Source of the DNA: Antedon mediterranea
Taxonomy: Eukaryota > Animalia > Echinodermata
NCBI RefSeq assembly: GCF_964355755.1
Contig: NC_092670.1
Coordinates: 3,958,201-4,022,200, forward strand
DNA: 64,000 nucleotides
Direction of reading: 5' to 3'
Within the stretch, counting starts at the first letter, position 1, and each line of letters begins with the position of its first letter. Positions 24,027 to 35,473 of this stretch are shown piece after piece. Under the pieces are notes generated by a model. It saw only the letters and a list, made by a program, of their open reading frames with translations. It ran no database searches and had not been told where the DNA came from. A program made the position numbers and the translations under genes.

Positions 24027-24936
24027 GTGAAGTTGGTTACTAGTTCCTAGTTCCTAGTTCCTTATTCAAATTGAATTAAAGGGACAGTCACAAATATTTT
24101 AAACAAGGCCAACAGCCATTATGTCGCGTGCTACAATGCATAATGATACCGGACCGACAGACAGACCGACCAACATAGTGAACTAGTGAGTCGCGTCCAC
24201 GTGACTAAAAAGGCATAATTTTGACCACTTGACCTACTTAATATTTTCAAAATATTTTGGTATAGATCGTTGAGCCTTGACCTACTTTATCATTTGCCAC
24301 CCTAGTTCCGCGAACTTTTTTGCATCTACGCCCTCTACGGCGAATAAGTAACTGGCTTTACGATCGTTATAACACTTGACCTACTTAATTTTTTCAAAAT
24401 ATTTTGGTATGGATCGATCACCCTTGACCTACTTTACCATTTGCCACCCCAGTTCCGCGAAATTTTTTGCATCTACGTCCTCTACGGCGAATTAGTAACT
24501 GGCTTTTACGAACGTAATAACACATGACCTACTTAATTTTTTCCAAATATTTTGGTATGGATCGATGACCCTTTGCCTACTTTACCATTTGCCACCTCAG
24601 TTCCGCGAACTTTTTTGCATTTACGCCCTCTACGGCGAATAAGTAACTGGCTTTTACGAACGTTATAACACTTGACCTACTTAATTTTTTCAAAATATTT
24701 TGGTATGGATCGATGACCCTTGACCTACTTTACCATTGGCCACCCCAGTTCCGCGAACTTTTTTGCATCTACGCCCTCTACGGCGAATAAGTAACTAGCT
24801 TTTACGAACGTAATAACACATGACCTACTTAAGTGTTAGATAGTTATTACGTATTAAAATCTGTTTTTTTAAATATTTGTGACTGTCCCTTTAATTCAAT
24901 TTGAATAAGGAACTAGGAACTAGTAACCAACTTCAC
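24027..24936. repeat. Composite insertion: about 75-bp inverted ends enclosing a Helentron-type end and about 4 copies of a 147-148-bp tandem repeat (about 24226-24831)
   Basis: gtgaagttggttactagttcc...gggacagtcacaaatattt (24027-24099) is inverted at about 24870-24936. The marker tacggcgaat recurs at about 24336, 24483, 24631 and 24779. Confidence 0.85.
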
Positions 24937-26794
24937 ATCCATCACCTTATTCTCTTCAGCTAATGTATCTTTTTTTTTTTTTTAAATCATCAAAGCATGT
25001 TTTCACATTAATGTAAACCATAACTTTATAAAATAAATATATAGGCCTACCAACAGACCACAATCAACACAATGTTAAACACATGTTCACCATACCATTC
25101 TACTGTAGTTCTAGTGTTATTCCGACAATATTAGCCTTTATATAATTAATAATAATAATACGTCGATCTTATCTAAGCGCTTCACATTATTACTCCGGTA
25201 ATGTTTTGAATAAAACACCTCTTAGCCACATCTAGCACCTTATTCTCGTCAGCTAACGTATCTACAATACCTATTCAACTAACCTGATATTGTGAGCCAT
25301 TATTTCATATGCACCTTAGCCACATCAAACACCTCATTTTCTTCAGTAATGTATCTACAAGAAAAAAAGATGTTTGTTGACATTCTATGTTCTATAGAGG
25401 GAGCACTTTCGTTATACACAAGGAAACTGATAGGTTTTTTTTAATCTACTTGTATAAAAAACCATGTACATTAAATCAAATTATGTTTTAAAATTACTAC
25501 ACTACACTAACAGGTCTGAAAATAATACTAAATTACTACTACTTTATCTGTATTTTAAATGATGTGTTTTATTTGTATTTTACCAAATTTTAACCTTTTA
25601 AACTCATCTTTATATTATGTGAAATTTTTACTTTTGAATTTGAACAAACAAAAAAGTTTCAAACCATGTGCATATTTTACTGTGGTTGACCATGAATACT
25701 GAATAGCTATATGTTTCATTTTGGTAAAGATCTTGCAATAACTTTTTGAGTACAATACAACAACAAACAAACAAACAGACAAACACACGCGTTTGAATAC
25801 TTATTATACCTCCTTGGCGGAGGTAAATAAATAGGAACACATTAATAAGTTTGTCTTTCCATGCCCGATTACACGTGTTGGCTTACTTTTATTATGTAGC
25901 TCTGACATACCCATCGACTACATCTACGTCAGCAACTCTGAAATACCAGGGTATAAAATTAACTTGTGTAGACTTGTGTCTAGTCAGAAAAACCTTTGGA
26001 TATAGGATGTGTAGCAATAATATATGTACAAATATACTTTTGAAGAGATACCGGTGTCTCAACAGATCAGTACAACTTGTAAATACACACAGATTAGATA
26101 CACAAAATGAAAGTTAATGAGGGTGTACTTTGATCAATTCTTATTGGTAAATTTCATAATCGTGCATAGTATAGTAAAATGCGATTAAATAGTGTGCACT
26201 AGATTTGAAAACCAGTATTTGTTATTAAATGGTTTTGCATTTGTTAACTTAAAATAATATATAAATGTACGACTAGGCCTACTAATATAACTAGTTTCTC
26301 AGTGTTATATAGTGGGCATGCACTCAGCGTTTTCTTACAATTACAAAATGTAAAAAGAAAATGTATAACTGGTCAGTAGAGTGGTTATAAAACAAATACT
26401 GTACATTGGAATAGAATGAAATAAAAATACGATGTTATAGTTACGAAGTATTTCTATATATAATAAAACAAATAATGTATTGTTTAAATAAATCAGTATG
26501 CATGTCAGTGTACACTTAAACCAACATAGAATTATATGGTTTTTACCCAAATTATTCTACAGTACTATCAACAATTTCACACCACAGTATTTGCAAAATG
26601 ACTAAGCAGCAATACTTCTCCCCTATGGCAAAACCAAAATCAAAAAATAAATAAATAAGGTTGCCCAAAGGATTTCAAAGAAGAAACATTGTAGTAAATA
26701 GAATAAATATAGGAATTATAGCAACAAATTAAGTAAACTATTTTTTTCAATGCCCGATGCATATTTTGGCCTGCTTTTTTATAGTGTAGCTCTT

Positions 26795-28082
26795 TTATGC
26801 ACTGACCTCTGTGCATATGAAGGTGTGTGAAAAAATTGTGTTAAATAGGCTTAAGTTATCAGTTGCGGATTATCTTGACCCACTCCAATTCGCGTACTGC
26901 ACAAACAGGAGCACTGAAGACGCTTTGATATATAAGCTCCACCAAATGTACCGTCATTTAGATGACTGGAAAACGAACCCATGCGTTAGGGTTATGTACT
27001 TTGATTTTAGTTCCGCATTTAACACAATTCAGCCACACATATTAGTTCATAAATTATTTGATATGAATGTTCCAAGTGTTTTAATTTCGTGTGTGTTTAA
27101 TTTTTTAGTCGAACGTAGCCAGTTTGTTAAGTTACAGAATAATATTTGTTCCGATACTGTGCGTACTAGTACTGGTGCACCACAAGGTATCGTATTGGCA
27201 CCTTTTTTGTTTTCTCTGTACACGTCAGACTTTAGGTCGGTATCCCCGAGTTGTCCAATGATAAAATTTGCGGACGACTCGGCTATGGTAGGACTTATTA
27301 ATAATAACAACTCTTCTCTATACCTTTCTGAGATTATTCGATTCACCGATTACTGTGGCAATAATTTTCTTGAACTAAACATAAATAAAACGAAAGAAAT
27401 GCAGATTGATTTTCGAAAACACAATAGGTCTGACAGTATGGACCCGGTATACATTAAAGGAAAGGAAGTAGAGATTGTTAACAATTATAATACCTTATTA
27501 TATATACCTGGGGGTAGTATTTGACTATAAGCTTAAATGGGGGGATCATTTTGACCATATAGTTAAGAAGTTAAATACAAGGCTGTACTGCCTAAGGAAA
27601 CTCGGTTCGTTTGGAGTAAAGCAGGATATTTGTAAAATGTTTTACTCATCAGTGATGTTATCTATTTGGGGTTATTGTATGTTGGGCTGGGCTGGGAATA
27701 TCAGTAAAGGGGATAAAGACCGAATTGAAAAGGTGCTGGGTAGAGCGGGGAAAGTAATTGGTTCGTCTATGCAAACGCTTGACTCTTTCTACAGCGAACG
27801 TCTTGCCGATGTGTTCCATGCTATATTGGAAGACACCAACCATCCTCTTCATAAGGACATTATCGGCTCCGTTATTGTTAGAAGGATGAGGACGGTGAAT
27901 GCGCAGACGGACCGTTACAAGTACTCGTTCTACACAGCTGGGATAAGGCATTATAACAAAACATTTGTTAGATAGTCCCCTTTATATTTATATTTATGTT
28001 AGGCAAGCCAAGGTTTATGAGCGCTGTAATTTCCATTATTATGTTGGACAATAAATGAATCTGTATCTGTATCTGTATCTGT
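26795..28082 (+). mobile_element. 5'-truncated L2/CR1-group LINE (RT plus C-terminal domain), frameshifted
   Basis: RT motifs DPLQFAY, YFDFSSAFNTIQP, GAPQGIVLAPFLFSLYT and KFADD (ORF 26811-27524), continuing YLGVVFD-KLKW in ORF 27475-27975. Ends with AATAAA and an (ATCTGT)n tail at 28059-28082. Confidence 0.9.
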
Positions 28083-29340
28083 AAAGCAACACTAAAATAC
28101 TATGGTTTCGCGTCTGTAGCTGAAACTTTGGACCGATTTCTTAGAGCAACGAAAAACAAGTTTACCTATCACCAACGCAATTGATATTGAGAATGGTGAT
28201 CCTCATAAATGCTTGGTTCCAACTAGACAGGGCGCAACGCAAGGCTGTACGCGCAACGCAAGTTCATCAATCGCAAGCGACAGTTCGCAAAAACAAATTC
28301 AAAGAAAAAAAATGAAGAATGATTAATTATATAATTTCAAATGGCTTTGTAAAATATTGTCAAAAGGACAAATATGAACATTATTATCATAAGTCCAGGA
28401 ACGTATATGCACAGTAGGCTTTTAGAACATTTTCTTTCTATAGGAAGAACACTAATACTAAATACTTCCACCACCCGATATTTGGCGTCGCGTCAATGCA
28501 GTTTGTGGAAATGACTCAGAAATCGATTTTTACGAAACAGATTAATTTGTACTCCGGAAAAATACATTTTACATTAAACATGATTAACCAATCACGTACA
28601 CGTATGTTAAGTTTGATTATAAACTAACGGATACTTATAGATAGTTAACCAACCAACCATGTGTATGCGAAGTATTACAAACTATACTGATACTGATATT
28701 ATTTTATTGTCCATAGTAATATATAAGTTACTTGCCGATGATTCTAAGGAACTATGTTATAATGGTACTTACGACAACTAACAACTTAGTTACAGGTATG
28801 AAAATTCATAGATAGGCAAACTAAACAGAATTACAAACTCGTTGGCAGGAAATCTGTCAGATTCGTTCCTTTAGTCGTTCTACTTTTGTTGTCAAACAAA
28901 AACTTGCAAAAAGTTGATCAACTCAGTTCACTTTTTCTTCTTCAAACTATCAAGATATTTTCCCTGGTGATAGCAGGGATTTGTTAATTAGAATTAACAA
29001 CTCCCTGGTTGGATTGAATCTTTCTGGATACAGTTTGTAAAGTGTGCAATATCTTCCTCTTGCCTGCTTCGCAATTTATCAAAGGTTTTCTTCTTCATCA
29101 TGCTTATTTCTCTCGCATGGCCTAAAAAAAAATAATTCAGAATTAAAAATACCTGTATGTTACGTGTTCAAAAAGGCATTGGAGCATAAAATCTACATAA
29201 TTAATATTCCAATTCCTGCGCTGGCCTTTGTTATCTAAACAATACAAAGTACATACAATACTGCATCAAAACATTACATATCCTAAAATAATGAAATTGC
29301 TTTTATTGAAGTTCAGTGTTGTGCATCGCTAAACATGGTG

Positions 29341-29610
29341 TGACGTGGCAGTTGACATAGAAACAACTCAATAATGATATGGTCACACAGCCACAAACAA
29401 GCAGGAAAACCAACTTTCATTATGGACACACATCATTAACTTCTGAAAACACACAAACATCAAAAGTTCAAGGTATTTACTATAATTTATTAAATAAAAT
29501 TCTATAGTCTTTAAAATAGGATTTTTACCCATTTTTACATCAAGTTTTACTAGACTACAACTAACAAGCAGAGATCATATGACACGAAGTAGTAGATATT
29601 GGAAAAACCC
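29341..29610. promoter_or_regulatory. T3 promoter/intron motifs: TGACGTGGCA (29341-29350), donor GT 29473, kB-like GGAAAAACCC (29601-29610)
   Basis: Positional conservation with T1, T4 and T5 despite divergent flanks. Confidence 0.5.
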
Positions 29611-29704
29611 ATCTGGGCGTGTACAGGAATAAGATTTTATTTTTTAAATTTCAATAAAATGCAGACATGTTTATAAATTAATTTCAGTGCAATATAATTT
29701 GTTC

Positions 29705-29761
29705 TTTATTACCTCCGCCATGGAGGTTATATTTTCACCCCTGTATGTGGGTGTTTGCGTG

Positions 29762-29802
<41 letters not shown>

Positions 29803-30050
29803 GAACAGCCTGGAGGCCACAGTTTTCATCCGAATCTGACCACATTTGGCCACAATGATCTATGCCCCAAAAGCTCGGACGAGGTTGATTTTGAGAGGAA
29901 AAGGTCATAGGTTAAGGTCACAACTAACAAAATAATATTTCACTGCCTAGAGACCACAGTTTTTTTTCCGATTCTCACCAAACTTAGCCACAATGATCAA
30001 TGACTCATCATATAATTGTATTTAAATTTTGAAAGGTTAGGGTCAAAGAA
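29705..30050 (+). mobile_element. Helentron/HINE (pearl/DINE-like) element in the 5'-UTR intron of T3
   Basis: Starts ttattACCTCCgccatGGAGGT (hairpin), then a (GT)n tract and two related core repeats. A reverse-oriented remnant of similar type lies at about 25760-25830. Right end approximate. Confidence 0.6.
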
Positions 30051-30243
30051 ATAAAAAATATACATATTTTCCAGGGACATTTTTTAAAGAAACAGTATAC
30101 TCAATGATGGCCAACAATATTACAGAGCAAGTTACATTACTCTGTATATGTGATATAAATATATCAAATATTGTTTCACCATAGAGAGGAGTATTATAAC
30201 TCTTATGGGGTGTTATTATCTTACAGGATCAACTTCTTTCAAA

Positions 30244-32349
30244 ATGGCTACAAGCAAATTAAATCAGTTTATTCAAGTTGTAGATGAGGACTTAGTATGT
30301 GCCATTTGCCAGGAAAGGTTTCAGGATCCTAAAATTCTCCCATGCCTACATAGCTTTTGTTTGTCATGTATAGATAACTGGGTAAAAACAAACAACGGCA
30401 AACTAACATGTCCAATTTGTTGCAAATCATGTCCTATTCCAGATGGCGGGCTTAAGAAGCTTCCACCAAATACATTTCTAAATAACATGTTAGAAAACAT
30501 TGAACAATTTCAGAAGAAGGATAATATAAAGTGCATTTGTGGAACAACAGAACAGGCAATACACTACTGTAAAGAATGCAGACATTACTTGTGTTCCACA
30601 TGTAGTAAGTATCACAAAATGTTGCCAATGTCAGCAACTCATACGCTACTTGCTGCAGAGGAAGTGCAATCAATGACGCCACAACAACTTGAAGCATTAA
30701 ATCCACCATTGTGTTCTTCTCACAACAAACCACTAGAGCTATACTGTACAAAATGTAAAGAACCAATATGTATTCAATGTGCCATAATAACACATGCAGT
30801 AGATCACAAACCAATTGAAATTGTGAAAGCATTTGAATCATTTAAAGAATCTGCACAACAACTGAAATCAACAGCCCATCACTACAAAGCTAAACTAGAA
30901 AATAGACTCAAGGAACTCACAGAGAATGCTGAACAACTAATAGACAGTAAAGAAACAAGTATCAAAGATATTAATAATCAAGTTCAAGAAACGATACAAA
31001 TAATCCAGAAAAAGGGAGATGAAATGAAAAAAAAAGTTGACACAATTTATGAAAATGAAAAGAAAATAAATGACATAGAAATGGAGAAAATAAGGGCAAT
31101 TACTGCTGAACTAAACACAAATGTGAGTTTCCTTAATCAGTCACTAAAAAGTGAACCATCAACTGCTATGATGTCAAGTGAGATTGCATTGAATACACTG
31201 AAGGATCAGATGAGCAATTCTGAAGAAATCAAACAAAATAACAATGGACAAATTAACTTCTTTGGAAACAAACATCAAATTGATATGTTAAACCAACATG
31301 AAATTGGAATTGTGACACAGCTTAATGTAAAGGTACCGGAATATGTCATCCAAGGTGAAACAATTGTTGCAAAAATAAAACAAAAACATCAAGTTGGTCC
31401 AAATCAACTTACAGCAACATGGACACATTCAAAAAGAGAAACCAACATTAATCTTGTTAAAGAAGATAATGAGTATGTTATAAGAAGAGTATGTAACAAT
31501 ATAGGAGTTTGTACATTAAATGTGTATTTGAATGACAAACCAATCAAACAATCACCATTTACTATCAAAATAGAGAAGACAGGACTGGTAAATGATTTTG
31601 AAGTTGATAAAAACCCAACAGGAGTAGTGAAGTTTGATGATGGTTGCTTGCTTGTTTCATTTGATACAAATGAAATTCACGAGTACAAACAATCAGGAGA
31701 ATGCATCAGCAAGATTACACTACCAGAAAGTGTGACAGTTTACAGAATGTACAAAATGAAGAATAACCATATAGCATTCAGTGATGTAAACTGCATTCAA
31801 GTATGTGATATGAATGGTCATGTGATCAAATCAATTGGTAAAGGTGTATTGAAAGACCCACGTGGTATTTACATAGATGAGGCAACAAATGTTATTTATG
31901 TAGCAGAATGGAACACTGAATGTGTGTTCATGTTTGACATCAATAGTGGTAAGAAACTGATGCAGATAGGATCACAAGAAGTAGAATATGGATACTATGA
32001 TGTAACACTTAAACAAACTGGGAAAATGCTTGTAGCGGATTTGGAAAATGATCAAATTGTATTATATAATAATAAAAACAAGCCATTTAAAGTACTTATC
32101 AATAAAGGCGATGAAGATGGTATGGTGATGTGGCCAAAAGGAGTTGTAGTTGATGAGGATGATAACATCATTGTATCAAGTAACCACAAACTACAACTAT
32201 TCAGCAGTGATGGACATTTTATCAAAAGAATAGATCAGGAACAAGATGGAATTAACAATCCACAGCAGTTATGCATCATTTCATATCACCCACGTAGAAT
32301 TGCTGTAGCTAATTACAGTGGCAGCAACGTCAAAATATTTAATTATTAA
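30244..32349 (+). CDS. TRIM-NHL E3 ubiquitin ligase T3 (RING, B-box1, B-box2, coiled coil, filamin-like Ig, NHL; TRIM2/3/71-type architecture), 701 aa, intronless CDS
   Basis: RING CAICQERF...LPCLHSFCLSC...CPIC; B-boxes CKEC...CSTC..H...H and CSSH...CTKC...CIQC...H..H; filamin motif VYLNDKPIKQSPF; NHL repeats. The start is set at ATG 30244, shared with paralogs and downstream of the acceptor cttacag. The upstream ATG at 30205 is in the predicted intron. Confidence 0.93.
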   Translation: MATSKLNQFIQVVDEDLVCAICQERFQDPKILPCLHSFCLSCIDNWVKTNNGKLTCPICCKSCPIPDGGLKKLPPNTFLNNMLENIEQFQKKDNIKCICGTTEQAIHYCKECRHYLCSTCSKYHKMLPMSATHTLLAAEEVQSMTPQQLEALNPPLCSSHNKPLELYCTKCKEPICIQCAIITHAVDHKPIEIVKAFESFKESAQQLKSTAHHYKAKLENRLKELTENAEQLIDSKETSIKDINNQVQETIQIIQKKGDEMKKKVDTIYENEKKINDIEMEKIRAITAELNTNVSFLNQSLKSEPSTAMMSSEIALNTLKDQMSNSEEIKQNNNGQINFFGNKHQIDMLNQHEIGIVTQLNVKVPEYVIQGETIVAKIKQKHQVGPNQLTATWTHSKRETNINLVKEDNEYVIRRVCNNIGVCTLNVYLNDKPIKQSPFTIKIEKTGLVNDFEVDKNPTGVVKFDDGCLLVSFDTNEIHEYKQSGECISKITLPESVTVYRMYKMKNNHIAFSDVNCIQVCDMNGHVIKSIGKGVLKDPRGIYIDEATNVIYVAEWNTECVFMFDINSGKKLMQIGSQEVEYGYYDVTLKQTGKMLVADLENDQIVLYNNKNKPFKVLINKGDEDGMVMWPKGVVVDEDDNIIVSSNHKLQLFSSDGHFIKRIDQEQDGINNPQQLCIISYHPRRIAVANYSGSNVKIFNY

Positions 32350-32440
32350 AGTTTTCCTCAAATAAATAACTGTTGTAAAAAGTCATTCATTGATTACAAA
32401 TAAAATATTAATACTTTTCTTTTATGAAAAATAAATATTA

Positions 32441-33034
32441 TGTAATAATAATAAAGTGTGAGGTTTTACTACATTAAAGACTCTACTCGCTTGGTTGATT
32501 GAATATCACAGTTGTTTATTCAGTAATACGGTATCATACACAATATAATACACATTCAGGAAGGATACAGGATAATACGGTAATAAAGAAACAGGAACAA
32601 ATGAATTATGCTGTAAGTGAGGTGTGGCTGTAGATGTGCTTTTGAGGAAGTGTTTGAAGTTGTGTCTGGGCTCTTCTGAAACTTGGGGGTACATGTATAT
32701 CGGCTTCTGTTCATTATCATATGTCATTACATCATCTCTGAGCTTAACCATTGGTCCTAAGTGTATCCATGCACCTTTTGGAAGGAATGATGGATTTTAT
32801 CTGGAGGTTACAATAACGAATTGGCCTGTCAAATTACTGCTAATAGTTTTACGATGGGAAAGATCATAGGTCAAATCAACTGTTTTCTTTGGGGCACTAA
32901 TTATTATGTCTAATGAACATTAAAACATCTGGAAAATTTCTTCACTGGACCTTTCTGGGACAAATTGGTGAACTCAATTGAATTGTGATACTGAGGTTGA
33001 TTTTTCAATTATAAATCTATATCATTACATTACA
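32441..33034 (-). mobile_element. Solo LTR, divergent relative of the 35474 Gypsy LTR, TSD ATTA
   Basis: TG...CA ends with ATTA at 32437-32440 and 33035-33038. Shares motif order with 35474-36116 (aaagactcta-ctcgctt, cttctgaaacttggg, atgtcattacatcatct, ttggtcctaag, cattaaaacatctgga). Confidence 0.85.
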
Positions 33035-33151
33035 ATTACAAAGTGAATTGAGTTAATTCAGTAATGAAATATAATATCAATTTGCTAACATTTTATAAAC
33101 AATTATTCATGAATTATTGTAGTATTTTACCTAAAGAGGCTTTAGACAATA

Positions 33152-35473
33152 CAATTTCTTATCTTTCAAAGTAAACAAAATAACAATTTAAGTATAAATA
33201 ATTAAGAGGCAAAAACCCAGAAAGTAATAACATCTGGAGGTTTTCCTCCAAAAAAAACTTGTGACGGGTAGCCAGTTAAGAAGTTGTAATCATATTGAAG
33301 TTTGAACAAACAGAAACAAAACAGACAACGACAAGTTTATAAAAAAAAATACTAAGGAAGCACAGAAAAACCAGAATAAATATGTTCATTTATTATTACA
33401 AGTTATTTATGGAGTAGAATTTGTTTAAGTTTAAAAGAAAATATTTTTTTTGAAGGTGCCATTTTAATTTTGTCGGGAAGATCATTAAATAATTTGGCGC
33501 CACACGGATATTATGTTGCAATAATTTTAATTTGGTGAGGGGCGGGTGGAGGTTACAGGAGGATCTAGTTTAATGGGTATGAATACTATTATTTTTTATA
33601 AAGCTGCAAGAAAGTTTAGTTGGAAGTAGACAGTTGACATGTTCATAGACGAAGGTGCATTGTTGGAAGATATTGATGTTTTGGACAGTTAATAATTTAA
33701 GGTCAAATCATGCGAAGGATCGACTTCTTTGGGCAAGTAAAATGAAAGACGATATAAAATTCCAATATTTTTCAAAATTTTAGTTTCGATTTCTTTAATG
33801 TGGTGTTTGAAGTTTAGTTCTTCGTCTAAATTTGGTTTGCTTAACAATGGGAATTTTGTTGGCAGCAAGGCAAACATTATGAGTGTCGTTAATCAAATCT
33901 TGGTGTCGAAAACCAAAAAGCATAAAATGGCATTTGTTAATATTTATTGAAAGTTTGTTTGCATTGAAATAATCGTTCACGTTCTTCAATTCCCTATTAA
34001 AAGTATTGAAAATGAAATAAAAATTAGTATGTGAATAAAAAATGGTTGTATCATCAGCATAAGATAAAAAGAAAGGATGTCAGATGCATTTACAATAAAA
34101 AAAAAAAGAAGAGGGTCTAATAGAGACCCTTGAGGAACACCACAAACAATAGGTTTGAAATCGGAAAATACATTGTTGATATGGGTGCATTGAAGTAGAT
34201 TGGACAGATAATCTTTAAAAAGGTCAAGAGTAATGCCACGGATACCATAGTTAAAAAGTTTTGAAAGTAAAATAGTGTGATCAATGGTATCGAATGCCTT
34301 AGACAGATCGATGAATAGGCCAGACGAAAACAACTTATTATGAATAGCATCCACAATGTTGTTGGTAAGCTCAATTAAAGCAAAAGAAGTGGAATAGTTT
34401 TGTCTGAAACCGTATTGTTTATTGTAGAGAATGTTGTGTAGGTTAATGAAATCATACGTACGGTCATAGATAAGTTTTTCAAGAATTTGTGAAAAGAAAT
34501 TGGTCGATAATTGTTGGGATCAAATTTGTTACCTTTTTTGTATATAGGAGTGACCTTTGCAGTTTTCATGCTTTTAGGGAAAGATCTTGTAGATAAAGAT
34601 AAGTTGCAAATATGAGTAAGTGGAGAAAGAATAAGGTCTATTGATTTTTTAACAACATTGCCACATAATATGTCGTCAATTCCAGCAGCCTTGTTGTTTT
34701 TGAACGAGTTGACAATTTTAAGAACCTCATGTTCCGAAACTGGAGATAAAAAAAAGGAATTTGGAGTGGGAGGACTAAGATAGTGACGGAAACTATTAAT
34801 AGAACTAGTGTCGATTTCTTTTGCTAATTCAGGCCCTATATTGGTAAAAGGGTTATTTAATAAGTTGGACACCATTTTCGGGTCTTTTGTTAGATTTCCA
34901 TTACTCATTATCTCAATTTTAGGAATTGTGTTGTTTGATGGTTTTAGTATAGAGTTTATAGTACGCCAAGCAGCTTTAATATTGGATTTGTTTTCATTTA
35001 AAAAGTTGTTATAATAATCAACTTTAACACTTTTTAGAAGATTATTATTACGATACTTTTTGTATTTCAATATATTAGTGTTTGAAGGGTGCCGAATGGT
35101 CTTGAGATAAAGTTTTTGTTTGTATGACATGGAGGTTAAAAGCCCGTTGGTCATCCAAGGTTTTAATTTATTTTTAGTTTTAGGTGGACCTAACAAAAAG
35201 AAGTTCCTATCATAGAGGGCTTTGCACTTTGCTAAAAAAGTATCATACGCTACGTCAGGGTATAATTTATCTAGGACATCCTTCCACGATGTTATTTACA
35301 GATCATTCCGAAAATGATGAATATTGTTTTCATTACATTTTCTAAATTTACGGTTCTCTTTGTCTGTAGAGTTACTTGAATTAGTAATGTTCACAGTGAA
35401 AACAGGAAGGTGATCAGTTGCGTCACTAATGACAATTCCGCTCATTGAAGACTGTTTGAAAAAATGTTATAAA
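33152..35473 (-). mobile_element. Degenerate CR1/L2-group LINE (end of APE domain, RT, 3' end)
   Basis: KPWMT, KAAGIDDI, AKVTPIYKKG..DPNNYRPIS, FIDLSKAFDTIDHTILL and CGVPQGS across frameshifted ORFs at 33689-35196. Left boundary approximate. Confidence 0.9.

Larger units (their letters stand above)
23760..29122 (-). pseudogene. Degenerate antisense partner gene upstream of T3, SINA/SIAH-like remnants
   Basis: Minus-strand translations: HAREISMMKKKTFDKLRSRQEEDIAHF (about 29120-29040); H*LSFCVSNLCVFTSC...SIFVH(frameshift)IIATHP (about 26120-26004); CCIVLKKLLQDLYQNETYSYSVFMVNHSKICTWFE (about 25765-25657); DTLAEENKVL (about 24940-24970 and 25220-25263). Confidence 0.5.

Noticed and set aside
24226-24831. 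Regular repeats as a possible CRISPR array (also 37608-37961 and 46350-46630)
   Set aside because: The units are contiguous tandem copies with no unique spacers, there are no cas genes, and the context is eukaryotic.
28855-28960. SAP-domain-like reading (LDSLKKKK*TELINFLQVF...ERLKERI) on the - strand
   Set aside because: It needs a frameshift and a stop read-through, and silent-site variation between copies favours a different frame.
30205-30243. N-terminal extensions of ORF-track starts (30205 for T3, 55378 for T5)
   Set aside because: They begin upstream of the conserved CAG acceptor, within the predicted intron. Paralogs agree on MATSKLNQF as the start.
30452-30841. Recurrent antisense ORFs inside TRIM CDSs (MLQVVVASLIA..., MIGNKLDMLVCH...) and inside pol
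   Set aside because: They are shadow ORFs of paralogous coding sequence with variable lengths and no independent evidence.
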